Source: an uncultured Planctomycetota bacterium
GTDB taxonomy: Bacteria; Planctomycetota; Planctomycetia; Gemmatales; Gemmataceae
Assembly (NCBI GenBank): GCA_963849325.1
Contig: CAWKHF010000012.1
Coordinates: 768,001-832,000 of the forward strand
Length of the DNA stretch: 64,000 nt
Direction: 5' to 3'
In this document: positions 54,608 to 64,000 of the stretch, piece after piece
How positions within the stretch are numbered: position 1 is the first letter of the stretch
Layout of the letters: every line of letters begins with the position of its first letter
Translations under genes and position numbers: made by a program
The notes under the pieces: model-generated
Told to the model about the DNA's origin: nothing
Database searches by the model: none
The model's input: the letters and a program-made list of their open reading frames with translations, nothing else

Positions 54608-56403
54608 ATGCCGTCGCGGATCGAAGATTATGCCTTGATTGGCGATTGTGAAACGGCGGGCCTGGTGGCGCGAGACGGTTCGCTGGACTGGCTGTGCCTG
54701 CCACGATTCGACTCCGGAGCCTGCTTCGCGGCCCTCCTGGGCACGCCGGAACATGGACGCTGGCAGATCGCTCCCGCCGGCGAGGTCAAGAAGGTCCAGC
54801 GCCAGTACCGCGACGGCACGATCATCCTGGAAACCACCTTCGAGACGTCCGAGGGCGTCGTCACTCTTATCGACGGCATGGCTGTCCGCGCCGAGCATCC
54901 GGTCTTGATCCGCTGTGTCCGCGGCGAACGGGGGCAAGTCCCCATGCGCTTGCACCTGGTCATCCGCTTCGATTACGGTTCGATCGTCCCGTGGGTGACG
55001 CGGTTGGAGGAGGGCGGCATTCGTGCTGTCGCCGGACCCGATACCCTCTTCATCCGCACTCCGATCGCGCTGCGCGGCGAGAACCACAGCACGGTGGCGG
55101 AGTTCACCGTCTCGGAGGGTGAGCAGGTGCCGTTCATGCTCTCCTGGAACCCCTCCCACGAGAAAGGTCTTCCTCCCGACGATCCGATGAAGGTCCTCGC
55201 CAAGACGGAGAAGTCGTGGCGCAAGTGGTCGAAGGGCTGTACCTGCGCCGGCCCGTGGGCCGGACCCATGCGGCGTTCACTGTTGATCCTCAAGGCGCTG
55301 ACCTACGCTCCGACGGGCGGCGTGGTGGCGGCGGTGACCGCGTCGCTGCCCGAGCAACTAGGCGGCCAGCGCAACTGGGATTATCGCCTGTGCTGGCTGC
55401 GCGACGCCACCTTCACCCTGTACGCGCTGATGGCGGCCGGCTACAAGGACGAGGCGCGGGCCTGGCGCCAGTGGGTGCTGCGCGCGGCGGCGGGCAATCC
55501 CGATAAGCTCCAGATCATGTACGGACTGGGCGGCGAACGCCGCCTCAGCGAATGGGAGGTGGACTGGCTGCCCGGCTACGAAAACTCGCGGCCCGTCCGC
55601 GTCGGCAACGGCGCCTTCCAGCAGTTCCAACTCGATGTCTACGGCGAACTGCTCGACTCGATGTATCAGTCGCGGCGCATCGGCGTCGAGCCGGAGCAAG
55701 CCGCCTGGAACCTGGAGGTCAATCTGCTGGAGTTCCTCGAAGCGCGCCTGGAAGGAGCCGGACGAGGGCATCTGGGAAGTCCGTGGGCCGCGCCGCCACT
55801 TCACGCATTCCAAGGTCATGGCCTGGGTCGCCTTCGACCGCGCCGTCAAGTCGGTCGAGAAATTCGGCGTGGAAGGCTCCGCCGAGCAATGGGGCGACGC
55901 TGCGCGATGCCATTCACCGCGAAGTTTGTGCCCGGGGCTTCGACAAGGACGTTAACTCGTTTGTGCAGTATTACGGCTCGAAAGAGCCGGACGCCAGCCT
56001 GCTGATGGTCCCGCTCGTGGGGTTCCTTCCGGCGGATGACCCGCGCGTCGCCGGCACCGTCGCCTGCATTGAGCGCGAGTTGCTGCATGACGGCTTCGTC
56101 CGCCGCTACAACACGCACGCCGAGGTCGATGGTCTGCCGCCGGGCGAGGGAGCCTTTCTGCCCTGCACGTTCTGGTTGGCCGATAATTACGTCCTGCTCG
56201 GCCGGCAGCGCGAGGCCGAGGATGTCTTTCAGCGCCTGCTCGGCCTGTGCAACGACGTCGGCCTGCTGTCCGAGGAGTACGACCCGGTGGCGAAGCGGCT
56301 CGTCGGCAACTTTCCGCAGGCTTTCACGCACGTCGGGCTTATCAACACCGCCATGAACCTGAGCCGGCAGACGAATAACCCCGCCGAGCATCGCAAAGAT
56401 TGA
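54608..56403 (+). CDS. glycoside hydrolase family 15 (trehalase/glucoamylase-like) (frameshifts ~55746, ~55893)
   Basis: [64 protein letters not shown]. Confidence 0.93.
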
Positions 56404-56418
56404 GGATCGCAAAACGCC

Positions 56419-56475
56419 TCCGAGCCTGAAGCGTAAGCGAAGAGCAACCTTCTTCGCTTACGCTTCAGGCTCGGA
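56419..56475. repeat. REP-like palindrome, family A; supplies the stop codon of the convergent phosphatase gene
   Basis: Near-identical to 572..624; TCA at 56465..56467. Confidence 0.92.
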
Positions 56476-57854
56476 CCTCCAGCAACCTCCGCAGGACGAG
56501 GTCCCGCACCGCCGTCATCGGCAAGTCGGCCGCCTCGGGAGCCGGCCCCTCGCCGATGAGCAAGGGTCGGTCCTGAACGTCGGCTGCCGGCAGGCCGTGA
56601 CTGCCGCGCACCAGGCCCGTGTCGAGCGGCACCACATCGAACAGGGTGCGAAAGCCGAGTTTCTTCTGGATGAGGCGCCACATCGCTCGCCCCCTGGGCC
56701 AAAGCAACCGCGGATCGAAGAACAGCTCGCAGGGATCGAAGCCGGGCTTGCGATGGATGTCCACCGTGCGCGCGTAGTCGGGCGCCTGCCGATCGTCGAG
56801 CCAGAACGGATACGCGAACCAGGCATCGGCGTCGGCCAGGGCGATCAGCTCGCCGGAACGCTCGTGGCGCAGGTGAATCTCCTCGCGCTCCTCGCCGTCG
56901 AGGAGGCGCGCCACGCCCTTGAGTCCGGCGAGCACGTCGCGCACGCGCGGCCGGTCGGCGTCCTCGGCGACGTAGACGTGAGCGAGTTGATGATCGCACA
57001 CGGCGAAGGCGCGGCTGGTGAAGGTGTCGAGGTTTTCGCCGAATGGGCCAGGCCGCACCGTCAGCAGTCCCGCCTCGCGCAGTGCTCGATTGGGCAGCAC
57101 CGCCCGGTTGACCTGCACGTGTCCGTATTCGCTGACGACCCACACCCGCGCTCCGGCGGCGCGGGCGGCGTCGAGCAGCGGGACACAAGCCTGGTCCAAC
57201 TCTCCCGTCAGACGGCGCATGTCGCAGCCTTGCGGGGCCGAAGCGCTGCGGATCGTAATCGAGGTGCGGCAGGTAAACGAGCGTCAGATCGGGCCGCTCG
57301 CGCCGCAGCACCTCGGCGGTGCAGCGCGCGATCCACTCCGTACAGGGCAGCCCCGCCATCGGTCCCCAGAACGACGGAAAGGGAAAAGGGCCGAGCGTCT
57401 TTTCGAGCTGTTCCGTCAGACCTGGCGGCGTGCCGGTGATGCCGAATGCCTTGTTGCCGTCGGCGCCGTAGTACGGCTTGGGCGTGACGCTGATCTCGAC
57501 CGCCGCCCCCTGGTTGAACCACCAGAACAGCTTGGCGCAGCGAAAGGACCGTCCGACTTCGGCGGCGCGCCGCCGGGCCGTGACGTACAACGGTTCCGCC
57601 TGCAGGAGACGATTGGACTGCTGCCAGAAGCGGACCTCGCCGGTGTCGCGTGCCAGCCAGCCGTTGGCGACGATGCCGTGCCGCTGCGGCGTCTGTCCCG
57701 TCAGCAAGGTCGCCTGGGCCGTGCAAGTGACAGCCGGCACGACTTCTCGCAGAGGATGCATCCAGCCGGCGTCTGCCAGCGCCTGCAAACGCGGCGCGAA
57801 CGGCAGCAGGCGAGGCGTCAGGCCGACAGCGTTGATCCACACCAGGGGAACCAT
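56465..57854 (-). CDS. alkaline phosphatase/nucleotide pyrophosphatase family protein (EboF-like) (frameshift ~57230)
   Basis: INAVGL, PAVTCTAQ, HGIVANGW, YLPHLDY, SEYG, VDIHRKPGFDP, RGSHG. Confidence 0.87.
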
Positions 57855-57871
57855 GTCATGAAAACCCTACC

Positions 57872-57920
57872 GAGCCCGCAGCGTCAGCGAGGGACATTCC
57901 CTCGCTTACGCTGCGGGCTC
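57872..57920. repeat. REP-like palindrome (GAGCCCGCAGCGTCAGCGAGGG); contains the antiporter stop codon
   Basis: Inverted arms with loop GACAT; TTA at 57906..57908. Confidence 0.85.
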
Positions 57921-59375
57921 CGAGTCGAGCCGGGCCTTGACGCGAGTGAACGCTTCGTCTTCCGCCAGGGCCAGCAGAGTGTCTCCCGCGGCCAACGTCG
58001 TTCCGCCGCTGGGCACGAGATACTCGCTGCCGCGGGCGATCAGCACAATCAGGAACTCCGGCGGAAGATGCAAGGCGACGAGCGACTGACCGACTACCGG
58101 CGAATCCGCCGGAATGGTCAACTCCTTGAGTTCGCTCCGGAGGCCGCTAACGGGATTGTACTCGAGCGGGAAGGTACGATGAGGAACGATGGGCGCGGAC
58201 AGGCGCAGCCATCGGGCCACAAGAGGCAAGGACGTCCCTTGCACCAGCACGGACGTCAACACCACGAAAAACACCACGTTGAACAGGAAGTCGGCGTGAG
58301 GGGCTTTCGCCAAAAGAGGGAAGGTCGCCAGCACGATGGGCACCGCCCCGCGCAGACCGCCCCAGGCGATGAAGATCTTTTCGCGCACGTTCAGCGCCGT
58401 CGGAAGAAGGCAGACGAACACGCTGAGCGGACGGGCGAGAAACAACAGCCACGCCGAGGCCAGCAGGCCCGGCCCGATCACCGGGACGAGGCGCGAGGGG
58501 AATACCAGCAGACCCAGCGTCAGGAACATGGCGATCTGCATTAGCCAGGCCATGCCGTCATGAAAGCGGAGGAGGCTCCGCTTGTGCAGGAACGTGCGAT
58601 TGCCGACGAGGATGCCAGCCAGGTAAACGGCCAGGAAACCGTTGCCGCCGATCAGGTTCGTGAGACTGTACGTCACCAGCACCAGCGACAGCGTCAGGAC
58701 GGGATAGAGTCCCTCGTACCCCAGGTGGAGGCGGTTGACGAGGAACACGATGCCCTGGCCCATGACGTAGCCGGCGATGGCACCCAGCGGCATCTGGAGT
58801 CCGAACAGGAGCAGCAGCGACGCGGGCGAGAGATCGGGTTGGGTGAGCATTTGCAAGAAGCCGACCGTCAGGAGGGCCGCCATCGGGTCGTTGCTGCCGG
58901 ACTCCAGTTCCAGCAGGGGCTTGAGCTGTCCTTGGAGGCCGACGTTCTTCGAGCGCAGGATGGAAAACACGGCCGCCGCGTCGGTCGAGGAGACGATGGC
59001 TCCCAGCAGCAAGCCCTCCCGCATGGATAGTCCGAGAAACAGGCGTGCGAAGAGCCCGAAGACCAGTGCCGTGAGCAGGACGCCGAGCGTGGCCAGGACC
59101 ATGCCGTACTTGAGTACCGGCCGGACGTCGTACCAGTTCGTCTCCAACCCGCCGGCGAACAGGATGAGCGCGAGGGCCGCAGCGCCGAGAAATTGAGCGA
59201 GGGCTGCGTCGTCAAAGTAGACGCCGCCCGGCCCCTCCGAGCCGGCGAGCATGCCCAGCACCAGGAACAGGACCAGGGCAGGGACGCCGAACCGATCGGA
59301 AACCTTGCTGGCGAGAACACTCAGCAGAAGGATTACGGATAGGCCCAGGAGTTGATAGTCAATGAGGGAACCCAT
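57906..59375 (-). CDS. cvrA: K+/H+ antiporter, CPA1 family with TrkA-C domain (CvrA/NhaP2-like)
   Basis: GMLAGSEGPGG, SSTDAAAVFSILR, LELESGSNDPMA, GGNGFLAVY, GLRGAVPIVLA. Confidence 0.9.
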   Translation of the reverse strand: MGSLIDYQLLGLSVILLLSVLASKVSDRFGVPALVLFLVLGMLAGSEGPGGVYFDDAALAQFLGAAALALILFAGGLETNWYDVRPVLKYGMVLATLGVLLTALVFGLFARLFLGLSMREGLLLGAIVSSTDAAAVFSILRSKNVGLQGQLKPLLELESGSNDPMAALLTVGFLQMLTQPDLSPASLLLLFGLQMPLGAIAGYVMGQGIVFLVNRLHLGYEGLYPVLTLSLVLVTYSLTNLIGGNGFLAVYLAGILVGNRTFLHKRSLLRFHDGMAWLMQIAMFLTLGLLVFPSRLVPVIGPGLLASAWLLFLARPLSVFVCLLPTALNVREKIFIAWGGLRGAVPIVLATFPLLAKAPHADFLFNVVFFVVLTSVLVQGTSLPLVARWLRLSAPIVPHRTFPLEYNPVSGLRSELKELTIPADSPVVGQSLVALHLPPEFLIVLIARGSEYLVPSGGTTLAAGDTLLALAEDEAFTRVKARLDSEPAA

Positions 59376-59400
59376 AGCATCCGAATCATCGAGATCCTGT

Positions 59401-59454
59401 CGAGGTCCGCAGTGTCAGCGCGGGACGTTCCCTCGCGGAGGCTGCGCGACCCGA
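59401..59454. repeat. degenerate direct copy of the 57872 repeat upstream of the antiporter
   Basis: CCGCAGTGTCAGCGCGGGACGTTCCCTCGC vs CCGCAGCGTCAGCGAGGGACATTCCCTCGC. Confidence 0.65.
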
Positions 59455-59476
59455 TAGATAACGTATTCGGCGGCCG

Positions 59477-59962
59477 TCAGGACGGCGGGGTCTGCCCGCG
59501 AGCATCCGCCAGTCGCTGCAAGCCTTCGCCCACCGGTACGTTGATGAACAGACAATAGAGCATGTCTTCACCCGTGTTGCGCAACTCGTGCTCGGCGCCG
59601 GGCGCGACGTAGATCACGTCTTCCGCCGTGATGGCGTGCGGCTGGCCGTCGAGGTAGAACGTGCCGCGGCCGCGCAGGATGACCACCAACTCCTCGGCGT
59701 CGGGGTGGACGTGCAACTCGGCGACGTGACGGCCGCCCGGCGGGATGGCCATGTGATGGACGAACTGGATGGTGCGCAGACAGGTCCGCTCGGCTGACGC
59801 CTCCGTCTCGTACAGCCGCCGCACCGGCGCCGGCCGCTGGCTGCGGTCTACCCAATTCCCCTGTTCATCACGCATGCAGTAGCGAATGACACGATGGGGG
59901 TTGTTGAACAAGAGACTCTGAATGCAGCCGTAAACCTGGTTCTTCCAGTTGGCGATGGTCAT
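59477..59962 (-). CDS. cupin domain protein
   Basis: HVHPDAEELVVILRGRG and YVAPGAEHELRN cupin motifs. Confidence 0.85.
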   Translation of the reverse strand: MTIANWKNQVYGCIQSLLFNNPHRVIRYCMRDEQGNWVDRSQRPAPVRRLYETEASAERTCLRTIQFVHHMAIPPGGRHVAELHVHPDAEELVVILRGRGTFYLDGQPHAITAEDVIYVAPGAEHELRNTGEDMLYCLFINVPVGEGLQRLADARGQTPPS

Positions 59963-60783
59963 GGGACGGAGGGCCTTTCTTGTGTTGCGGCGTTGTTTGT
60001 TGGCACCTCTTGGCCAATAGCTTGCGTGAGCCGGAAGCAGCCCATGAATAGAAGCAGCAGCCCGCCGACGGTCCCGAGGAGCAAGAACAATGTTCCCCAG
60101 AGTCCATCTCGAGGATCGAGCATCTTTACCAACGTCCGGGACAGTTGCTGCATCCCCTGTAAGCCAGGTCCATTGATGCTGGCGATACCGTACATCATGA
60201 GCAGGAACCATCCGGAAACCGCCTCGAACGAATGACCGAGGATCATGAACAAGATCGCATGGAGGAAGTTTGTACTTGGAGACTGCTTCATCTTCGTCCG
60301 CACGTCCACGGCAGCGGCTTGTTCGTAGACATGGCGAAAGGCTTCGGCTCGACTTCCACCCTCGCCGCGGATGATCTTCTCATCCTTCACGCCGGTGACG
60401 ATCCAAAAGGCCGAACTGCGTGTATCCTGAATCGACCAGCCAGTCCGGCTCAGGTGGTTTAATAATTCTTCGGCTCTCACTTCAGTTCGGCGAGATGGGA
60501 ATAACTTCCAACTCACGAAACCCGCAAGAGCGAACAATCCAAGGTTCATCAAGGTGGGGATCCCGATCACGAGCGGGAATTCGTAATCCGCGGGGACGTT
60601 GGGCAATGACAGCAAGTCGATCACGGGGAGTAGCAGCAGGACGGAGGGAAGTATCAAAAAGCCGATGATGAAATCAAATGGTCCGCGACTCGCTCCGAAT
60701 CCTCCCTGCATCAAAAACAAGATCGTGGCGAGAAACCCGCCGAAAGCGGGAAAGGCCATGAAAGTGAGGACTCTTCGACGCAT
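59959..60783 (-). CDS. hypothetical multi-pass membrane protein
   Basis: Several TM helices around a small soluble domain; lower GC; ATGA overlap with the cupin gene. Confidence 0.55.
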   Translation of the reverse strand: MRRRVLTFMAFPAFGGFLATILFLMQGGFGASRGPFDFIIGFLILPSVLLLLPVIDLLSLPNVPADYEFPLVIGIPTLMNLGLFALAGFVSWKLFPSRRTEVRAEELLNHLSRTGWSIQDTRSSAFWIVTGVKDEKIIRGEGGSRAEAFRHVYEQAAAVDVRTKMKQSPSTNFLHAILFMILGHSFEAVSGWFLLMMYGIASINGPGLQGMQQLSRTLVKMLDPRDGLWGTLFLLLGTVGGLLLLFMGCFRLTQAIGQEVPTNNAATQERPSVP

Positions 60784-60798
60784 GGGAGTATTCCGCTC

Positions 60799-62460
60799 TC
60801 AAGCTGTCTTCTCGGCCGCGGCCTCGTGCAAGTTCAGCAACTCGACGGCCATCTGCCGCAGGCGAAACTTCTGGATCTTGCCGGTCACGGTCATGGGAAA
60901 CGTCTCGACGAAACGCCAGAAGCGCGGCACCTTGTAGGCGGCCAAGTGGGTCCGGCAGTAGCCGGTCAGGTCTAGCTCGTTCAGTTCCGCGCTGGGCCGC
61001 GAGCGGACCCAGGCCATGACCTCCTCGCCGTACTTGCGGCTGGGCACGCCGATGACCTGCGCCTCGCTGACATCGGGATGACTGACCAGCACTTCCTCGA
61101 TCTCGCGCGGCGAGATGTTCTCGCCGCCGCGGATAATCATGTCCTTGAGTCGGCCGACGATGTGAACGTAGCCGGATTCCTCCATGACGGCCAGGTCGCC
61201 GGAGTGCATCCAGCCGGCCGCGTCGATGGCGGCGGTCGTCGCCGCCTCGTCGTTCCAGTAGCCGCGCATGACGCTGTAGCCGCGCGTGCAGAACTCGCCG
61301 GCGACGCCGCGCGGCACGACGCGGCCCGTCGCCGGATCGCGGACGCCGATTTCCAGGTGCGGCTGCACCCGGCCCACCGTGCTCACGCGGCGTTCCAGCG
61401 GATCGTCCAGGGCGCTCAGCGTCGAGATGGGCGACGTCTCCGTCATGCCGTAGCCGATCGCCACTTCCGGCATGTGCAGGCGTTCGACCACCTCTTTCAT
61501 CAGCTCGATCGGGCACGGAGCGCCGGCCATGATGCCGGTGCGCAGCGACGAGCAGTCGAAGCGGTCGAACGCAGGATGTTCGAGGACGGCGCGGAACATC
61601 GTCGGCACGCCGTAGAGCGAGGTACAGCGCTCGGCCTGGATCGTTTGCAGCACGGTGCAAGCGTGGAAGCATTCGCTGGGATAGACCATGCAGGCGCCGT
61701 GCGCCGTGCAGGCAAGGTTGCCTAGAACCATCCCAAAACAGTGATAAAGAGGGACGGGAATGCGCGATACGGTCGCGTTCGCTGTAGCCCAGGGCCAAGC
61801 CGATGAAATAGCCGTTGTTGAGGATGTTGTGATGCGTCAGCGTCGCCCCCTTGGGCGAGCCCGTGGTGCCGGAGGTGTACTGGATGTTGATGGGGTCGTC
61901 GCATTGCAGCTCCGCCTCGCGCCGCTCCACGTCCGCGAGGTCCACCGCTCTCCCCGAGCGCAGGAAGCCGTCCCAGTCGGTATCGAGCGCGAAGGCGTGG
62001 CGCAGCGCGGGGCAGCGTGGCCGCACGGCTTCGAGCATGGGCGCATACGGCGTCTGCCGAAAGCCGCGGCCGTGCAAGAGCACGCTACACCGGACTTGTC
62101 GCAGGACGTATTCCAGCTCGTTGGCCTGGTAGGCGGGGTTGACGTTGACGAGGATGGCGCCGACGCGGGCGGTGGCGTACTGAAGGACGACCCACTCGTG
62201 GCGGTTGGCGGCCCAGATGCCGACGCGGTCGCCGGCGGCGACGCCGAGAGCGAGCAGGCCGCGAGCGGCATCGGTGGTCGCGTCCCACAGCTGCCGATAG
62301 GTGGCGCGATAATCCTGCGAGCGGACGACCAGCGCTTCGCAGTCGCCGTGGCGCGACGACGGTGTCGCGCAGGTTGTCGCCGATGGTTTGCCCGAGCAGG
62401 GGCGTCACGACTCGTGCCGTGGGCGTAGGACAACGAGACGCCGTGCGATGTGCCATCCAT
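60799..62460 (-). CDS. AMP-binding acyl-CoA synthetase (frameshifts ~62410, ~62350, ~62085, ~61763)
   Basis: LSYAHG, INIQYTSGTTGSPKG, GYGMTETSP, GWMHSGDL, GRLKDMIIRGGEN, TVTGKIQK. Confidence 0.92.
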
Positions 62461-62594
62461 GGGAACGTCTCACGATTGAGGCCACGGACAGGACGAGACG
62501 CGCCGGCCGGTTCGTCCGGCCGGCGGTCCTATCCGAAGATGGCCGACATCATCGCAAAGGCGGTCGCATCGTGCAACCGGAGCCGCATAATCCT

Positions 62595-62664
62595 TCCGAG
62601 CCTGAAGCGTAGGCGAAGAGTGGTCTTCGCGAAGACCACTCTTCGCTTACGCTTCAGGCTCGGA
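62595..62664. repeat. extended family A palindrome with a self-complementary centre
   Basis: 70-bp near-perfect palindrome with centre GAGTGGTCTTCGCGAAGACCACTC. Confidence 0.92.
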
Positions 62665-62672
62665 CAACAACC

Positions 62673-64000
62673 TTACTTTTTCGCCGGCGGTGAGGCGGCG
62701 ACGTGCAAACCGGGCGAAGCGTTGAACGCTTTCACCAGGCTGCCGTCGGCGACCTTCCACAGACGCACCTCACCATCGAAGGCGCCCGAGGCAATCAGGT
62801 TGCCGTCGGGGCTGACGGCCAGGGCGTACACGTAATCGCCGTGCCCGCTCAGTGTGCGCACGGCCGCGCCCTTGTCCGCGTTCCAGACACGCACGGTCTG
62901 GTCGGCGCTGCACGTCACCAGCAGCGGCTCCTTGGGATGCACCGCCAGCTTGAGGATAACTTTGCTGTGACCGCCGGAAGTGCGAACCTGCTTGCCCTCC
63001 GGGGCGGCGGTCCACGTCCGTAACTGATTGTCCTCGCCAACCGAGAAGCCGAACTTGCCGTCGGACTTGATCGCCACGGCGTAGACGGGATTCTGATGAT
63101 CCGGGAAGGTCAGAATGGATTCCTTGGCGGCCAGGTCCCAGAGCTTGGCCGTCTTGTCGCGGCTGGCGGTGGCCAGGCGCTTGCCGTCGGGCGTGAAGGC
63201 GACGCCGAAGACCCAGTCGGCGTGGTTCTCGATGGACGGTCCCTCCTTGACGTTGGCGTAACCGCCGCTGAGGTCCCAGACGTGGACGAGGCGATCGCAG
63301 CCGCCCGAGGCGAGCTTCTTGCCGTCGGCGCTGAGGGCCAGGCACAGTACCTCGTCGTCGGCGTCGAGCAGTTGCTTGACCATCACGGCCTTGTCGTGAA
63401 CGCCGTCGAGCACGGCGATGCCGTTGACGTTCTTGGCCGTGCCGCCGCCCAGATCGTAGATGCGCACGTCGCCTTCTTCGCCGGGCCGGCCGCCGGCGAC
63501 AGCCAGCTTGCCGTCGGGCAGGAATACCATCGCCATCGCTCGCCGTGCCCGCGTGGAAATGCGCTTCTCCAGCTTGCCGCTGGCCACGTCCCAGACGGTC
63601 AGCTCGTGGTGGCCGCTGACGACCAGTTTCTTGTTGTCCGGCGTGAACGCGACGGCCGTCACCGTGACGGGGAAGGGATAGGCGACCGGCGGCGCCGGCG
63701 GCTGCCAGCGCAGGCGCAGCTCGCGCAGCAGGTCGGACTCCGGCTTGAGGCCGGCGTCGAGCTTGGCGCCTTCCTGGATCCAGCGCTCGATCAGTTCGAT
63801 CTTCTCCTTGGGCAGCGGATCGCCGCTCTCCTTGGGCGGCATGCGCTTCTTGTCGGTCGCCGTGAGGACGAGCATGAGGTAGCTGTCGTCAGGTTTGCCG
63901 GGCGCGATGGGGTCGTCCTTGGTGCCGCCCTTGCGGAAGGTTTCGTAGTGGGTCATGTCGAGCTTGCCCTTGGGGTTCTTGGCCCCGTGGCAGCCGAAGC
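62673..64000 (-). CDS. planctomycete cytochrome c domain + WD40 repeat protein (5' truncated by window)
   Basis: (C)FGCH heme motif at the window edge, PGKPDDS, RMPP, WIQEGA; WD40 repeats. Confidence 0.9.
   Translation of the reverse strand, partial: FGCHGAKNPKGKLDMTHYETFRKGGTKDDPIAPGKPDDSYLMLVLTATDKKRMPPKESGDPLPKEKIELIERWIQEGAKLDAGLKPESDLLRELRLRWQPPAPPVAYPFPVTVTAVAFTPDNKKLVVSGHHELTVWDVASGKLEKRISTRARRAMAMVFLPDGKLAVAGGRPGEEGDVRIYDLGGGTAKNVNGIAVLDGVHDKAVMVKQLLDADDEVLCLALSADGKKLASGGCDRLVHVWDLSGGYANVKEGPSIENHADWVFGVAFTPDGKRLATASRDKTAKLWDLAAKESILTFPDHQNPVYAVAIKSDGKFGFSVGEDNQLRTWTAAPEGKQVRTSGGHSKVILKLAVHPKEPLLVTCSADQTVRVWNADKGAAVRTLSGHGDYVYALAVSPDGNLIASGAFDGEVRLWKVADGSLVKAFNASPGLHVAASPPAKK

Noticed and set aside
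52835-56005. 1056-aa ORF as a GH15 fusion
   Set aside because: An off-frame read through DUF1570 and a repeat; GH15 starts at 54608

Overview
GC-rich bacterial DNA that looks like Planctomycetota (Gemmataceae-like). Support: an ECF sigma factor coupled to a Ser/Thr kinase-WD40 gene, DUF1570, a planctomycete cytochrome c-WD40 protein, a Uma2 endonuclease and many palindromic intergenic repeats. About 22 genes, including conserved ones such as hslU, uvrB and floA, are split by single-base indels, which most likely reflects an unpolished long-read assembly; I joined these ORFs by eye and frameshift positions are approximate. Housekeeping and metabolic content: S46 peptidase, G3E GTPase, PstS-like protein, MIOX with an MFS transporter, several alpha/beta hydrolases, hemC, HIT, two TPM proteins, hslVU, comEA, uvrB, prfB (true programmed frameshift), PafA-like phosphatase, nfeD-nfeD-floA, GH15, K+/H+ antiporter and acyl-CoA synthetase. 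Most notable observations: (1) a sigma54-preceded AurF-type N-oxygenase + AsnB-type amidotransferase + tripartite ABC exporter cluster with no NRPS/PKS; (2) a two-gene cassette bracketed by two versions of the uvrB 3' end that differ only at synonymous sites; (3) a kinase-TM-Ig-like-pseudo-hydrolase fusion; (4) a receiver-GAF protein translationally coupled to a cytoplasmic subtilase; (5) an AT-rich inverted-repeat element between hslV and hslU; (6) REP-like hairpins, some supplying stop codons or embedded in coding sequence. All family calls come from motif recognition, not database searches.
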